Assembly: GCF_036321535.1 (NCBI RefSeq)
Contig: NC_087436.1
Span: 26,104,001 to 26,168,000 of the forward strand
Direction of reading: 5' to 3'
DNA length: 64,000 bases
Source of the DNA: Camelus dromedarius
Lineage: Eukaryota
The translations under genes were made by a program, and so were the position numbers. Below the pieces are notes generated by a model that saw only the letters and a program-made list of their open reading frames with translations, made no database searches and was not told where the DNA came from. Shown here in pieces: positions 36,294 through 50,870 of this stretch. Positions within the stretch are counted from its first letter, which is position 1; the number at the start of each line of letters is the position of its first letter.

Positions 36294-38608
36294 CTATATC
36301 TCTCAATGAACATAGATGCAAAATTCTCAACAAAATTTTATCAAATCAAATATAAAGTTTATATATTTATACCAGTATATAACTTTAACTTTTAATAACT
36401 TTTAAATACATTTATATAAATATACATTTTAAAATATAAAAATAGTAATAACTATGAATGGGTGAGGCTTATTTATAAAGGCTGGTTCAGTATATATATG
36501 AAAGCCAATAATCATAATCCACCATATCAACAAACTAAAAAGGAAAAATCATATCCAATTATGATTTTTAAAAAAACTCTTAGTACACTAAGAATAAAGG
36601 AAAACTTCCTTAACCTCATAAGGAGCATCTACAGCTAACATAATACTTAATAATGAAAGACTGAATATTTCCTCTCTGAGATCAGGAACAGGGCAAGTAT
36701 TTCCCCTCTTAACCCTCATATTCACATAATTCTAAAATTTCTAGCCACTGTGATAAGAAAAGAATAAGAAATAAAAGGCATACAGATTGTAAAGGGAGGA
36801 GTAAAGTTCTCCGCAGGTGACGTGATTGCATACGTAGAAAATCCCAGGGAATCTACAGAAAAAAAGAACCACTTGGAAATAATGAATTACAGAGTTCAAG
36901 GTCAATACAAAAATTAATTACATTTCTATAGACCAACAGTAAACTGAGAAATAAAATGAAAAATGTAATTCCTAATTATACCAAAGACAGTGAAAGAATT
37001 AGATGTAAATCCAGCAAAACTATAAAGTGCTGATGAAATAAAGAAAAGTTACCATTTAAAGAGATATACCTTATTCATGCTACAGTATCAAGACTGTGTG
37101 ATATTGCCAGGAGAGACACATAGCTCAATGGAACCAAAAACAGAACTCAAAAATAGATCCACACAATTATGCTTAATTTTTGACAAAGAGACAAAAGCAA
37201 TTCAGTGAAGGAAGGATACCTTTTCAAAGAATGGGAAGAGAGAAATTGGATATCCATAGACATAAAAATGGATCTTGATGTAAAACTCACACCTAATATA
37301 AAAATTCAAAATGGATCATAAACTTAAAGTAAAACATAAACCTATAAAACTTAAAGACAAAATTATAGGAAAAAATCTTCAAGATCTAAGCCCAGGTGAA
37401 AAGTTCTTAGGTATGATACCAAAAACATAATCCATAAAAGAAAAACTTGACATTTGACCTCAATAAAATTAAAAACTTTTAGTCTGTTAAAACCTTTGTT
37501 AAGATGATGAAAAGTCAACTTTCAGATTTGGAGAACACATTTGTTAGTCTTGTAGTCAGCAAAGAACTTTTATCTCTACTATATAAAGAACTCAAACATC
37601 AACATTAAAAAAAACCAGGACAAAAGATATGCAAAGACATTTTACCAAATGAGCTATACAGATGGCAAATCATTACGTCAAAAATGTTTAAAGTTATTAG
37701 CATTAGGAAAATGCAAATTAAAACTGCATTAACATGTTACTATATACCAGTTAGAATGGCTAAAATAAAAAATAGTGATAAAACTAAATGCTGATAGAAT
37801 GTGGAAAAATTGTATCACTCATACATGAGAATTTAAAATGGCTTAGCTACTCTGAAAAATAGTTTAGCAGTCCCTTTTAAAACTAATAATGGACTTACCA
37901 TATGACCTAGCAGTTCCACTCCTGTGTATTTATCCTAGAGAATTGAAAATTTATTTTCACAAAGAAATTTATACATAAATATTCAAAGCATGTTTATTTT
38001 TAACGGTGTAAACTTTTAAACTCTTCAGATGTTCTTCAGTAAGTGAATGGTTAAACAACTGTGGTATATCCACACCATGGAATACTATTCAGCAATAAAA
38101 AAGAAATAACCTATTGATAGATACAACAATTTTAATGACTCTCTGGAAAATTATGTGAAGTGAAAAAAGCCAATATTGCAGCACTCCGTTAACCTTCTAA
38201 AATAACATAATTTGAGAGATGAGGAATAGATTGACGGTTACCAGAGTTTAGGGAAAGCCAGAGGGCTAGGTATGGCTATAAAGATATAGCCTGAAGGAGA
38301 TTTGTGGTAGTGGTACAGATGAGTATCCTGAGTTTTGGGGTTCATACATAAAGCTACTCCTGTGATAAAACTGCAAATAACTAAACACACACACACACAC
38401 ACACACACACATACGAGTGCATGTATAACATGAAATCTGAATGAAGTCTATGAATTGTGTTAACATCAATTTCCTGGTTTTGATACTGTACTCTACTTAT
38501 GCAAGATATTAAAAGGAGAGAAAGGGTAAAAGGCACAGTGAGATCTATCTTTACATTTCTTAGCAATTTCATGTGAATCTGTGTTTATTTCAAAATAAAA
38601 ACTTAAAA
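36294..38608 (+). mobile_element. L1 (L1MC-like) 3' half with (CA)n at about 38385-38410
   Basis: atgaacatagatgcaaaattctcaacaaaat, RT remnants, caccatggaatactattcagcaataaaaaag, and end tgtgaatct...aaaataaaaa. Confidence 0.9.
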
Positions 38609-38661
38609 CATTATTTGAGCTACTTGGAATTCATTTTCATGTGAGATATGAGATAGGGATC

Positions 38662-39050
38662 TGTCTAAGTTTCCTTGGGCTGCCATAACAAATCACAAAC
38701 TAGATGATTTAAAACAATAGAAATTTGCTTTTCATAGTTCTGGAGTCTAGAAATCCAAAATGAGGGTATTGGTAAGGTTGATTTCTTCTGGAAGCTCTGT
38801 AGGTGATCTGTTTCATGTCTCTTTCCTAGTTTTTGGTGGTTGGTGATACTCCATGGTGTTCTTTGACAGCCACATCACTCCAATCTCTGCCTCCATTATC
38901 ATATGGCATTCTTCCTACATCTATGTGTCTCTGTGTCCAAATTTGCATTTTCTTACAAGGACATCAGTCATTGGAGTAGGGCCTACCCTAATCCAGTATG
39001 AACTCATCTTAACTTGATAAAGTTGCATTCACAGATATTGGGATGAGTAT
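38662..39050 (-). mobile_element. MLT1B/C-type MaLR LTR
   Basis: gggctgccataacaaa...cacaaact...tttaaaacaatagaaattt...ccaatctctgcctcc...aaggacatcagtcattgga. Confidence 0.9.
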
Positions 39051-40604
39051 TTTCTAAGAATTTATAATCCAGCAGAAATATCAGCAAACTAGTGTACTAA
39101 TTTTTTAAAATCTCTTATTATTTTGGCCAATATTATCAATTTCTTACTTCTATCAAATTGCACTCCTGGACTCCATTTAATTCTATATTTTTACCATTCA
39201 CTAAAATATTAATTTTAGCTTCCATCTTGACTTATATTCCTGCTTAGAGAGATGTCCCACCTGACTCCCACATTTTCTAATATGATAAAACTCTTTGAGA
39301 TCCAGATTATGAAACATTCTCTAAAAATTGCAACCAAACTTTATTTTCTGTAAGACTCTTGCAGTTATATTTAGTCTTGTGGTTACGTATTTTGTTATTC
39401 TCAAAGGAGTCTTACCAAGTTTTGTTCCATGATTAGAGAACAGGCTTAAGAGCTCTGTGAACATGTTGCTGTCTATACCCATGTCATATTTCTCCAAGGG
39501 GAAAAATGAATATACAAATAAAACACTATCAAATAATTGATTGAATATATGAATGTATCTTTAGGTAAATGAGATTACTAACATATGGGCATTGTGATCC
39601 AATTGTGCCTCAAATGTGTTCTCTGAATATATTTTGTCTTCAAATACAAGAGACAATAAATAAAATCTGAATTATAATTGTACAGTATTACTTGTTTTAT
39701 TAAGATTTAAAAAAATATAATAAGACTGATGGATAAGGGAAATATTTTATTTCTTATACTGTGATTTCAAAGTTGCAGTTGTTTGCAGAGAAATGGGAAT
39801 AAAAATAGATTTCATATAACAAAATGGAATTAGTCAACAAAAATGAAGGCGACTTTGGTGCTTCTGTCTCTATTCCCTCTATCTCTTTTCTCTGGGCCTT
39901 TGTAATCATTTCCCTAGGCTGAAAAATTACTGCATTTTCCCTTTACTTTCCTCATTCCTTTTTCTTGGGATCTTGAATTACCTCATGTTCTGGTAACTGT
40001 ACCCAATAAAGCTTGCAGAAATACTCTGTAAGATATTATTTTTAGAATGTTGATTATATACAATTTAATAAATTGCAATTTTAGTTTACCATTTTTGAGT
40101 CTTATGACTTTGATATTCTCCTTAATGCCATTTTAATTTCATTATGTTTGTTATATTTTGACTGTCTTTATTGCTTGTTTTATATCCGATGTTAATTACT
40201 TTGTTTCTGTTCTAAACTAATTTTCTCCTTCACTACTCAAGGGAATTTTCTCTCTCATACAGTAGAAGAAAAAACGACAACTTCTCCAAAATATTAACTC
40301 AGGCTTCAAGGAAGAATAGTTCAATTCACTATGACAATATCATGGTATATTTAAGAAGCAGCATGCAAGGCATCACATCCAGTTTCAAAAAACAGATAAA
40401 AGACAGTTACTGACCTTGTGTTATAGACAAAGTAAAAGGAAGGGAATAGGAAAGTCACAGAGACTGGGAATAAAGAAAACAGGGAAGAGGGAGAAAGGAT
40501 CAAAAGAATGTTTAGGTATCCATGAAGGCTTTTAGGATAATCTACTACTTAAAAAAAGCCTAAAGCAAATGAAGATGATAACAGATAACATAACTGGGTT
40601 TTTC

Positions 40605-40770
40605 AGATATCTCTACCATCAAACAGTTTAGTCTTTGAGAAAGTTATTCTACCTTCTTAAACTTCAGCCTCTTAGCTTAAAAAATTATAAAAAGACTACC
40701 TATATTATAAAGCTGTTATGAAGTTTAACTGTGAGCCATGTAAAACATCTTGAAAATTTTATATACTATT
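40605..40770 (+). mobile_element. MIR fragment
   Basis: ttgagaaagttattctaccttctt...ctgttatgaagtttaa...catgtaaaacatctt. Confidence 0.55.
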
Positions 40771-40839
40771 TGCTTCATAATTTTTCCTATTTTTTCACTT
40801 TTTGAAGGCAGAAAATCTGAGATGGCCATCATAGTGTTT

Positions 40840-43150
40840 AATGCCAATGTGAACAAAGGTAAACAATATTTAGCAAAATAAACTCAGAAATACATTAAAT
40901 GTAGTATATCATAGCCAAGCAGGGTCCATCTCAGGTATATAAGGATAAATTATACTTATCAGAAAATCTACTTTTATATAAAATATATTAATTTTGCAGA
41001 AAAAGTCTACTGAAAGTCAATATCCATTTATCATTAAAATCTTTTAGCAAACTAGGGATGCAGGATTCCTAAAGCTAAGGAAGAACAAACATAATAGTTA
41101 ATGGTGAAATGTCAGAGCATATTCTTTAAAAGCTGAGAATGAGAGCAAAATCTTTTTTAATCACTTTAATTCAATATTATATCAGAGGCTGTAACAAATT
41201 CAGGAAGACAAAGATAGGAAACAGTGTAGGGACTGGAGTCAAGGAATAATGATAATATATTGACAAATTAATTGAGTGGATACGATTTTAAGTAGGTTTC
41301 TTGACTACAAAAGTATTTTTAGCTAATTATATTTGTATTTCTGAATAAAAAGAATAAGAAAATATCATTTTAAAAGGATACAATTTACAGTATGGTATAC
41401 ACAGGAATGCATTTGATAAGTGTCCAAGTCTCTTCTGGAGATTTTTAAACTTTATTAATGCATGAAAGATGATATAAACAACTGGACAGATACACTGTAT
41501 TCATGAATGAAAAAAGTTCATTGTCCCATAGATACCAGTTATCTCCAAATTAATGAAGAAATTCATGTAATTCTAATCAAAATCTCATTTTTTGGTGGAA
41601 TTTGACAAGCTGATTTTAAAATATATATGAACTAGCAAAGACTCAGTGACAGACAAGGTAAATTTAAGGAAAGACGAGGAGGAAGTCAAGGCAGTAACAC
41701 AAGTTAAGACATACAATAAAGCAATTGTTATTGAGACACTGGAATTTTCCTGTGATGAAGACAAATAATCAGTGCCCCAGGAGAATGAGCCCAGATATGG
41801 ACCCATGTATCTTTGAACACTTTATGTATGACAGAGGTGGAATTACAGATCAGTGGAGAAAGAAGAACAAGTTAACAAGGTGCTAAAAATAGTCTTCCAT
41901 TTAAAAAAATGAATCTTTTCCTCACATTATACACAAAATTCCTAAATATTAACTATTTCTGTGTAAGAAAACTTCAAATTTTTAAATAGAAAATATGAAT
42001 TTTCCTTATGACTGAAGGATACTGAGTATTTACTAAGATAAGTGAAAACAGAAAACATAAAAAAGTGCTATAACTTGATTAATTAAAATTTATTGCTTGA
42101 AAAGTTACCTGAAAAGATTCTATTAAAAAGAGTAAAAGCTAAATTTTAGGCTAGAACAATATATCTGAAATGCACATAACTGACACAGAACTAGTTTCTA
42201 GACCTCACAATACCCTCCTGTAAATCAAAAGTAAAATGCAGAAGTGCTAAATTATAAAAGTGGCAGAATGTATAAACTTACTTTCTTGGAAGGGTGTGTA
42301 ATACATAAATATACTAAAAGAATTTCAACTTCTTCAGAAATTATGGAAATGTAAACTTATATCTACAATTACATATCTGCTATGCCCCTAAAGTAGACAA
42401 TTATATAATGACTTCCAATAACAGTGTTGGTAAGAATGTAGAGAAATAGGAATTCTCATATATTGTTCCTGGAAGTGTAAATTGTTACAGCCACTTTGGA
42501 TAGTGATTTGGCAATACCTAATAGAACTAAATGTGTGCATACTCTGACCCCCATATCATATGGCCCAAAGTGCATGACATAGAGTCTTCCACAAGTGTAC
42601 AAGAGAAAAAGTGTAAAAAGATTGTTTTTATCATCATTTATTTTGCTATAGCAAAACAGCATTAACAATAATGAAACCCTGAAACAACATAAATAATCAA
42701 ACCAATGCTTTTGGTATAGCCATTCAGTGAAAACCAATATAGTAGTAAAAATGGTAAACTATAATTACATTTATCAAACTGGATAAACCTAAAGTGTATG
42801 AAGTTGATCCAAAGGAATTTTCAGAAGGACATATAGTGTAGGGTACCATTTATATGGAAAAATATGCACAACACTAGAGACATGCACATAAGTAGGAAAG
42901 ATATAATGAACATGAGAATAATGAAAATTGAATCCAGAATTGTAGCTAGCTCTGGGGAGAGGGGACAAAAGAGAAATGAATATGAACTAGGACTTCAGCT
43001 GTGCTTATAAATGTTTCTTAGGCTGAGTGATGATTAGCCATTATTTATATTGTTATATAATAATATGGTATATATGATCATTTATATGTTATATAATACA
43101 TAATTATTCATACACTTCTCTTTTTCATGCTTGAAATATTTCAAGATAAA
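40840..43150 (+). mobile_element. Ancient L1 (L1ME-like) ORF2 3' part and 3' UTR
   Basis: gaatttgacaagctgattttaaaat, tgttggtaagaatgtagagaaataggaattctc, acagccactttgga, and end cttgaaatatttca. Confidence 0.85.
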
Positions 43151-43299
43151 TAATATGTTACTATTGATGACGATAGGAGGCAATATAGGAGAGAATTTCC
43201 AAAGAGTCAGCCATAGATTATGGTGATTTGAAATAGGATAGTAGACATCACATTTGAAATACATATTAAAGTTATAACTGACCAGTCCTATATAGCACT

Positions 43300-44470
43300 T
43301 AAATGATGTGTTTGAGTCCTAGCTCAAATCACTTTCATGCTACTCTACACTGTATCCTCCATCGAATAGCTATATTTATGTGCCTCTTTAGTAGCTTGCC
43401 CAGTGTGTACATTTCTTTATTAGATAAAGCCCAGGGAATTTTAGAGATTCCAAGGATAACTGTGTCTGATTGCTCTCCCAGCAGTCATACAGTAGTTGTA
43501 ATAGAACTATTTGCCTCTTAGTGATTAATTAAATATTCTTTAAATATCCAGAATTTGAACACATGAAATTACTAACCTTGTGCCATGTCACACTATCTCC
43601 AGTTATGGCTCCTATCTTGCAGCCATTGCTAATCATTTCAAACTAGAGAAAAATATTTCATTCTTCAGTCCTGTAATACTTCAAGGTGATAGACTCTTTG
43701 TCAACTCTGTCTCCCTTACCAATGTAAAGTGTTGTGATTTCTCCCACATTAGAGAGTGATAAGCTCATGTCTGACTTCTCAGTTTTGTAGGATTTTGCTA
43801 AATTTAAAACAAAGAGTCAATATGCACCAGTAATCCTTTTTTTTTTTTTTTTAATGTTGCTCCTAGTGCTAGAGTCTGATGACTCAGTCTGCTGTTCAAG
43901 AAAAGGAAGGTGAAAGTTTGACCAAATATTCTTCCATTGCATTGGAAGGATCACCAGGTTTCCAGTCAAAATTTCCAGTTGATATTTGTGAGTCATTATT
44001 ATTTCCTCCCAGCCTTTCCATTTAGTCAATTCCACTCTCATGCAGCATCACAGTTTTAGGTACCAAATTCTGTATCTCTTAGGAAGTAGACAGCACAAAT
44101 AATACTGGCTTATATACATTGTTTTCTCTCACATAACACTATTCATAAGATAGGCAATTCAAAGCTAGTTCTAGGGAAAGGCAAGTCACAGGAGGTATGA
44201 GACCTCCATTGTCTTCAGAAATTTATGTATCTTCTTTCTCCTCTGCCATGGTTAGCATGAGGTTCTAACTTCATTGTCACAAGAAGTCATCTAAAATTCC
44301 ATCTGAAATACTCATGTTCCAGGCAGTAGGAAGGAGGGCAGTTAACAGGCTATTTGTCTCCCATTTAAGACCTTCCCAGGAATCTCATACCAATCTTTAC
44401 ATAAATCTATATGAGTTCTTTGGTCTGCAAGGGAAGCAGGGACCTTAATAGGCTGGATTGCCTAGAATCA
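43300..44470 (-). mobile_element. Old MLT1 MaLR: LTR (about 44071-44470) plus adjoining internal sequence
   Basis: Minus-strand junction ...ATACA|GAATTTGGTACC at 44071 is the MaLR LTR/internal boundary. The left limit is uncertain. Confidence 0.6.
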
Positions 44471-45617
44471 AACTGTATTTATACTATTCTGACATTTATT
44501 AAAGTTTTAACTCTTTTTCAGGGCTGTTTCTCTTTTATTAATTGATTCCCCAAGATGTTTTATGTGTTTGAATAATATCTTGTGTCATCATTGTGATTGA
44601 AGAAGAGCAGTGAGTTCATTTGTTCATCTTTTTGCTAAACTTGAGGCTCTCACTGATCTCTAAGTAGATGTCCCTCATACACCTGGACACAGGGCATCCC
44701 ACACACATTTGCTATATTTGTGTTCTGTACTCTGGGTGCTGTCAAAATTCTGAGGTTTACCTTCAAGTGACTCGACACGACATGACATCATCTTGTTTTT
44801 TTCTGAATCTTCGCTGCTTCCTCCTACAGTTGCCTGTAAATCTGCTCGAATTACTGCCATCTGCAGGACTATATGTCAGGACCTCTGGCTCTCAATGGGA
44901 GCATGCAAGAATGTTTGCATCTTTTCAAAGAGATGTGAAAGCTGGGCAATAGAAACTCTGGTCTCTCCTTATCTAAAACTATGTTGCTGTATTTTTCATT
45001 TTCTGCAGCTAAGCCATTGGTTTTTGACTTGGGAACAATCTACTTGGGAACAATCTGTCAAAGGCTGAAAAACAGCAGTACATAGTATGTATTACTTATG
45101 ATTCCTCCTGCATCCTAGAGGAGCTTTTTCACTGAATATTTATCTTCTTTTGATTCAACATTAAGAATGATAGCAAAATAATGTGTTTATCCTCTTTCTC
45201 CTTCTTCTCTTCTGAAATCAGAAGAATTTTCTATTTTCCTTTCTGTTGACTGAGAACTTGTTGACAACGTTTTCTAGTTCTTTCTCATGGTCTTTGCAAT
45301 TGCCTTGCCTTCTCCTGTGTAATAAATCACATGACTTAAGTTTGGTGAAAGAAGAAGAGCTAAAGAATTTGTTTTATGGAGGAAACAATGTATTTATGTA
45401 ATATTTTCTTCATGTTTATCATATTAGTGGCCCTAAGTCTTTGGAGATTGTTTTACATAGACATTAATTCATTTTCAAACTCAACATTCTCTCAAATCTC
45501 ATAAGAAAAATAATATAAGTCCAATATGCTCAGATCCTCACTGTGTCATAAATTTTGCTGACTTGGGAGTCCATAGAATGCCATATAATGCCAGTACCGC
45601 TTCTCCAGCCTGTGCTC

Positions 45618-45704
<87 letters not shown>

Positions 45705-45924
45705 TCTCTTTCTTGCTTGCTTGCTTTCTTGCTTGCTTTCTTTCTTGCTTGCTTTCTTGCTTTCTTGCTTGCTTTCTTGCTTTCTTGCTTTCTTGCTTTC
45801 TTGCTTCCTACCTTCCTTCCTTCCTTCCCTTCCTGCTTTCCTTCCTGCCTTCCTTCCTGCCTTCCTTCCTGCCTTCCTTCTGTCCTTCCTTCTTTCTTTC
45901 CTTCCTTTCTTCCTTTCTTTCTTC
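45618..45924. repeat. Compound tetranucleotide microsatellite (CTTT)n-(CTTG)n-(CCTT)n
   Basis: About 305 bp that is almost devoid of A on the plus strand. Explains the low-complexity ORFs at 45530-45985. Confidence 0.97.
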
Positions 45925-46374
45925 TGTACTGAAGGTAGAAATGCACCTTGGTTTCAATGTCTACTGCTTCCTTAAGGGAATATAAATGAGTGAACTTTTG
46001 GACAAAGGATTAAAGGAAGCAATAATCAAGTGATTCCTTTCTGAATTGGGACTGGCTGTCTCATACAGCATCTGAAAAGAAACTGCCCTTGCTATTACAA
46101 ATAGTATAAATCTTTCAGCCTATTTCCCATCCACTAATGATAATTTCTGATTACTGTAAAAGCAATTTTTTTCACCATGTCCTGGATTTCAGTTCAGACA
46201 TCCCTTATGTTGACTAACAGTAAATGATGATTTGTCCAAACTGCTTCTCTTGTTATTTCTAGTTTTGGTTCAATCATCAAAAGATTATGTCAGGGTATAG
46301 GGTTATATCAAACTGCCACATATCACTCTCTTATTAGCCTTTTGGTTTAAAAATCCTAATGATTTATAGTTAAT

Positions 46375-46618
46375 TAAATAATAGTACCTACAAAGTATTT
46401 GTAATGAGAAGGCACTGTTCTTTGCATTTTATTTTATTTATATTGTGTAATCCCTATAGCATCTCTACTAATTTTCTTATATTACAGAGTGGAAAACTGA
46501 AGGACAGGCAAGTTAAGGAATTTATTTAAGGTCTCATCGCTAGAAAGTGGTAGAACTAGGATTCAACAAAGGAAACCTGGCCCAGAATCTGTGCTTTAAA
46601 CAATATACTATACTGCCA
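46375..46618 (-). mobile_element. Near full-length MIR
   Basis: aggcactgttc...ggaaaactgaagga...gttaagg...aaggtctca...gtggtagaactaggattcaa...tactatactgcc. Confidence 0.88.
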
Positions 46619-48589
46619 TTCTCAGATTGATCCCTAAATATAATAAATTATATTTTCTAATCAATAAAGTTTCTGAACCTGCAGATTTGCATAATATCAT
46701 GGAAGAATTAATTTGCCAAATAAGTTCTATTCTGAGATGGGAAGAAATATTTTCGAGGCTAGCCATTTTACACTAGGCAACAGATCTCTGTATTTTTATG
46801 CACTATTGGATTTTTCTTAAAAAAAAAACTATCACAAGGATATAGACAATTTAAATAAATTAAAGATAGGAAAGTATTTAGTAGTCTTGAAAGTGTTGCA
46901 ATGACTGTTGGCCTGAGAGCAGATTCTGGCAAGTGATTCAGCCAAAATCTGCTTGAATTATAAATGGTAGGAGACTATATACCAACAACTTGATGAGAAG
47001 AGAGAGAACAGAAAAAAAAAAGTAGATATCAGTAATTAGAGAGATAAGAATATTTAAAAAAAATTTTAGGGAGAAATAATGGCCAAATTTTATAGAATGA
47101 AGGGAACAAATGTCAAAGGAAGATGACATTAGATATAGGATAAAGAAGGTGTAAGTAATGGAAGCAAGTCCACAGAGAGGGTTTTTTTTTCTCAGCTACA
47201 GCAAAATATCAGTGCCTACTGATTAGCAATGATTCACAATCCTTTCAAGATAATTAAAAGTAGAAAGAGTTTTCTTAATGGCATGATAGGAGATGATTCA
47301 AGTGAGAATTTTAGAGTGTACAGTGGAAGATTGAAAGTAGTCAAGTGAAAGCAGGGAGTAAGGAGTAGGAAGACTGAAAGTCACAAAGGTTCTGAAATCA
47401 GAGCATTTAGTCTTCTCTTAGGGAAATGAGAGGAGCAAATGTGGTAAGTGACAGAGCTACGAAGATGAATTTCACCTAATATGAAATTTTTATTCTGACC
47501 AGTTGAGTTAGTGGAATTTATTGCAATTTTAGTGTTCAAGAGGCTATTAGAGACAAATACATGTCAAATTGAAAGTAATGTAACTGAAGTGAAAGACTGT
47601 GATTTTTCAATGCCATACAAAACTACTCAGTAACTGGTGTGCTGCACAGTTCTTTTCTATCCACATATAATGGAAGAATTACCATAACAATTTTTCTTCT
47701 TGGTCATTCAGTATCATAAATATAGCTTTCTTCCTTCACTTACTTTTATGTAATGATACTTTTTCACCATGATGTATCTTCATCTGAAAACCACAATTAG
47801 ACTCTTTTGTTGAATTCCTACATAAGTAAATGGCTTTGATAAAATTGGGAAATTCTTTTAAAGAGTGCTTTAAGGAAGAGCTGCTGTCTTAGAATGAATT
47901 AGCTTGGGCTTTGCATAATTTTTTAAAAAATATTCATTTAAAAAAGGGAAGGGACTTGGAACAATGTTCTCATTCTTATATTCTCCAATTTAATGGAAAA
48001 ATTCCTTAGGGATGGACCAATATTCTTGTGGCTGACACTCTATTGATTAGGTACAGATTAGCAAAACAGCTACTGTTTTCCTCTTTTGCTTCCATGGACT
48101 CTGAATTCCTCATTATAATGCTCCCTCTTGCAGTTTGGAAACCCACTTGAAAACTAGTGAAGTAAGTCCTGTGATTCTTGTCCCAGTGCTGATACTTCTC
48201 AGAGGGACTGTTGCAACTAGCCTATCATGCCTTAATTCCATGTTGTTATCACTCAGTGTGCAGAGCAAAGACATCCTCTAATGGACTTCATGCCTCAAAT
48301 GCTCTACAGTTTCTTGTCCTTTAGTCAGATCTACCACACAGGTCTTTCCACTGTGCTACCCTTAACTGACTGTCTTTAACAAGCAAATTGTTGTATCCAT
48401 CACCTTTGTTTTGAGCATTTCCATCAACTTCTTGACAAAACCACAATTCCATCTGATGACATCACCATATCCCCATACCCCTTGCAAGTGGTGTCAGTGT
48501 TGGTGAAGATAGAACAACTAAAAATATCATCGGTAGAGGGAATGTAAATATTTCTATTTCTTACTTGAATACAATAATAAGGATCTCTA

Positions 48590-50870
48590 CTACAATGTTG
48601 ACAAATGTGGGCATTTTTGTTTTATTGCCAACTTAAAGAGAAATATTTGATATTTCATTATTGTATATGTTTGCCATTTATTAGTATAAAGTATTTAACA
48701 GAATAAATTTTGGTTATTTCTTCTATTTTTGTTTTGCTAAATAAATTTTTAGAAGTAATAAATAGGAGTTGAATTTTGTCAAAAAATGAATTAGGGCTAT
48801 GAAGAAAATCAGGATTTTTCCTCTTTTCTCAGTGAATGTGGTAAAATATATTGACTGGAATGATAAACTACCCTTGCTTTTCTGGAATAACCCTGATTTG
48901 ATTGTGATATGTTTACTTTATATGTATCCTTTGGTTTTATTTGCTTACATTCTCTTATGGTCTGTTTAGGGGTTTTGAGAGAGTGTGATGTGTGTGTGTG
49001 TGTGTGTGTGTGTAAACTTAGATTACTGATTTTAGATCTTTCTTCTTTTTTACTATATACGTTAAAGGTTATACATTTCCCTCTAAGCACTGCTATTGCT
49101 GCATTCACACACATTTTGTTAAATTGTATTTTTTTTTTTTCATTTAGATCAAGATATTTAAAAATTTTTCTTGAAATTTCTTCTTTGGCCCATGTGTTAT
49201 TTGGAAGTATGTGATTTAATTTCCAAGTGTTTTGGGATTTTCCAGCTTTCTCTTTGTTATTTATTTCTACTTCAATCCAGTTGTGGTCTGAGAGAAGGCA
49301 ATATATAATTTCTATTCTTCTAAATGTGTTAAGGTGTGTTTTGTCTCTTATCTTATAATTTTTTGTGTATTTATTCATAGGGTAGACTGGTATGTAATTT
49401 TCCTGTCTTATAACCTTTTTAGGAAATGGTATTAAGGTTTTTCAGGCTTCAGTACCAAAGAACAGTTTCTTCTTTTTGTAATCTATGGAAAATTAGGGTT
49501 TTTTTCCCTGTAAATGATTGGAAAAATTAATTGATGGAGATATCTGGGGTTGTGTTTTCTTTGTGACAATAATTTCTAATTAGATAGTCAATATCTTTAG
49601 TAAATATTTAGATTTTCTGTATCTTCTTTGCCAGGCTTGAAAGTTGTACCTTATTTTAGGTTTTTGCCCTTTTTTATTTTATGAAATTATTTATTTACGA
49701 ATTTTCATAATAGCACCTTTTTTGGTGCCTTAATGATTTTTATTGATGTTTTCATATTTACTCCTGATAATAATAATTTATGCTCTCACTCTCTCTACCT
49801 AGCCTTTCTAGAAGTTCATTATGATTTATTATTTTTTTAAGTGATTAGATTCTAATTTTTTAAGATATCCTTTATTGTGCATTTGTTTTCTTTTTATTGA
49901 TATACACTCATTTTTATTTCCTTCCTTGTGCTTACTTTTTTTTAGAGTGTTTTATATGACTCTTATGCTTTATTTTCTATTCTTTTATCTGTACTCTAAT
50001 TTAGACATTTTTACTGACCTATTGTTCATTTCACTTTTATTTGTTACTACTGCATCTAATATGTCAATAACCCATCTATTAAGTTCTTAATTTCAAATAT
50101 TGTTATTTTTAGTTTTATAATGTTTATTTTGGTATCCAAATCTTTGATTATATTCTCCTTATTTTTATCTATTTTGTCTGCCCTTTTTTTTCTATTATTT
50201 TAAACATAAATCATAGTCATTTTAAAGTCCATTCTTGAGTAACTAATTTCTAGATCATCTCAGGTTCTACTTCTATGGCATGGTTTTGTCTTGAATATTA
50301 TGTTAAATATTGGCCACGTTTACTGGCTCTTAATATGTCTAATAATTTTTAATTATACATTGGACATTTTGTATACATTAGCTGTAAAATATGATGTTGG
50401 CCTTCCTCACAGAGCATTACTTATTTCCTTTATTAGAGAGATGAAGCTGATCATCCTAGTCTTGCCTGGGATGAAGCTGGGCCTGAGTTGAATTACCAGT
50501 TAGTAATACAGTCTACCTCTGGTTCATTCTTGTTGCTAGGATGTAGTCCTCTAAGAATTTCAATTTAAATTGTATCAAGCCTTTCTTTCCTTAGCCGTGA
50601 AAGACTGTCGGCATACATTTTAGCTCTTTATGGTGTTTTCAGCAAAGCTCTTTATCTTTATTCTCCATGCAGATTCAAAATTTTGTACAAATTTTGAGAA
50701 TGAACATATATGTTTTGAGACTGCTCTATTCTCTAATTCTATCACTTCAACCCCCAGTGGATTATAAAATATCTATTGGTTTCTACATAACTTAACATAA
50801 GCATCTGCTAGGGGGGCAGCCTGTTTTCTCAGGCTCTTGTTAGCTCTATAATCATTAAACTGTCTATATG
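48590..50870 (-). mobile_element. Old L1 fragments, including a less decayed endonuclease-region piece (about 49010-49345) next to (GT)n
   Basis: ORF 48809-49378 contains RIEII..LLSDHN.I.VEINN...NTWKLNH.L.NN.W (L1 ORF2). Flanks are more decayed L1 antisense. Confidence 0.75.

Noticed and set aside
45530..45985. Four overlapping 98-140 aa ORFs
   Set aside because: Artefacts of a stop-free tetranucleotide microsatellite.
47990..48540. GC-richer unique-looking block as a retroelement or pseudogene
   Set aside because: The frames I translated showed no recognisable motif, and there are no termini, tail or TSD.
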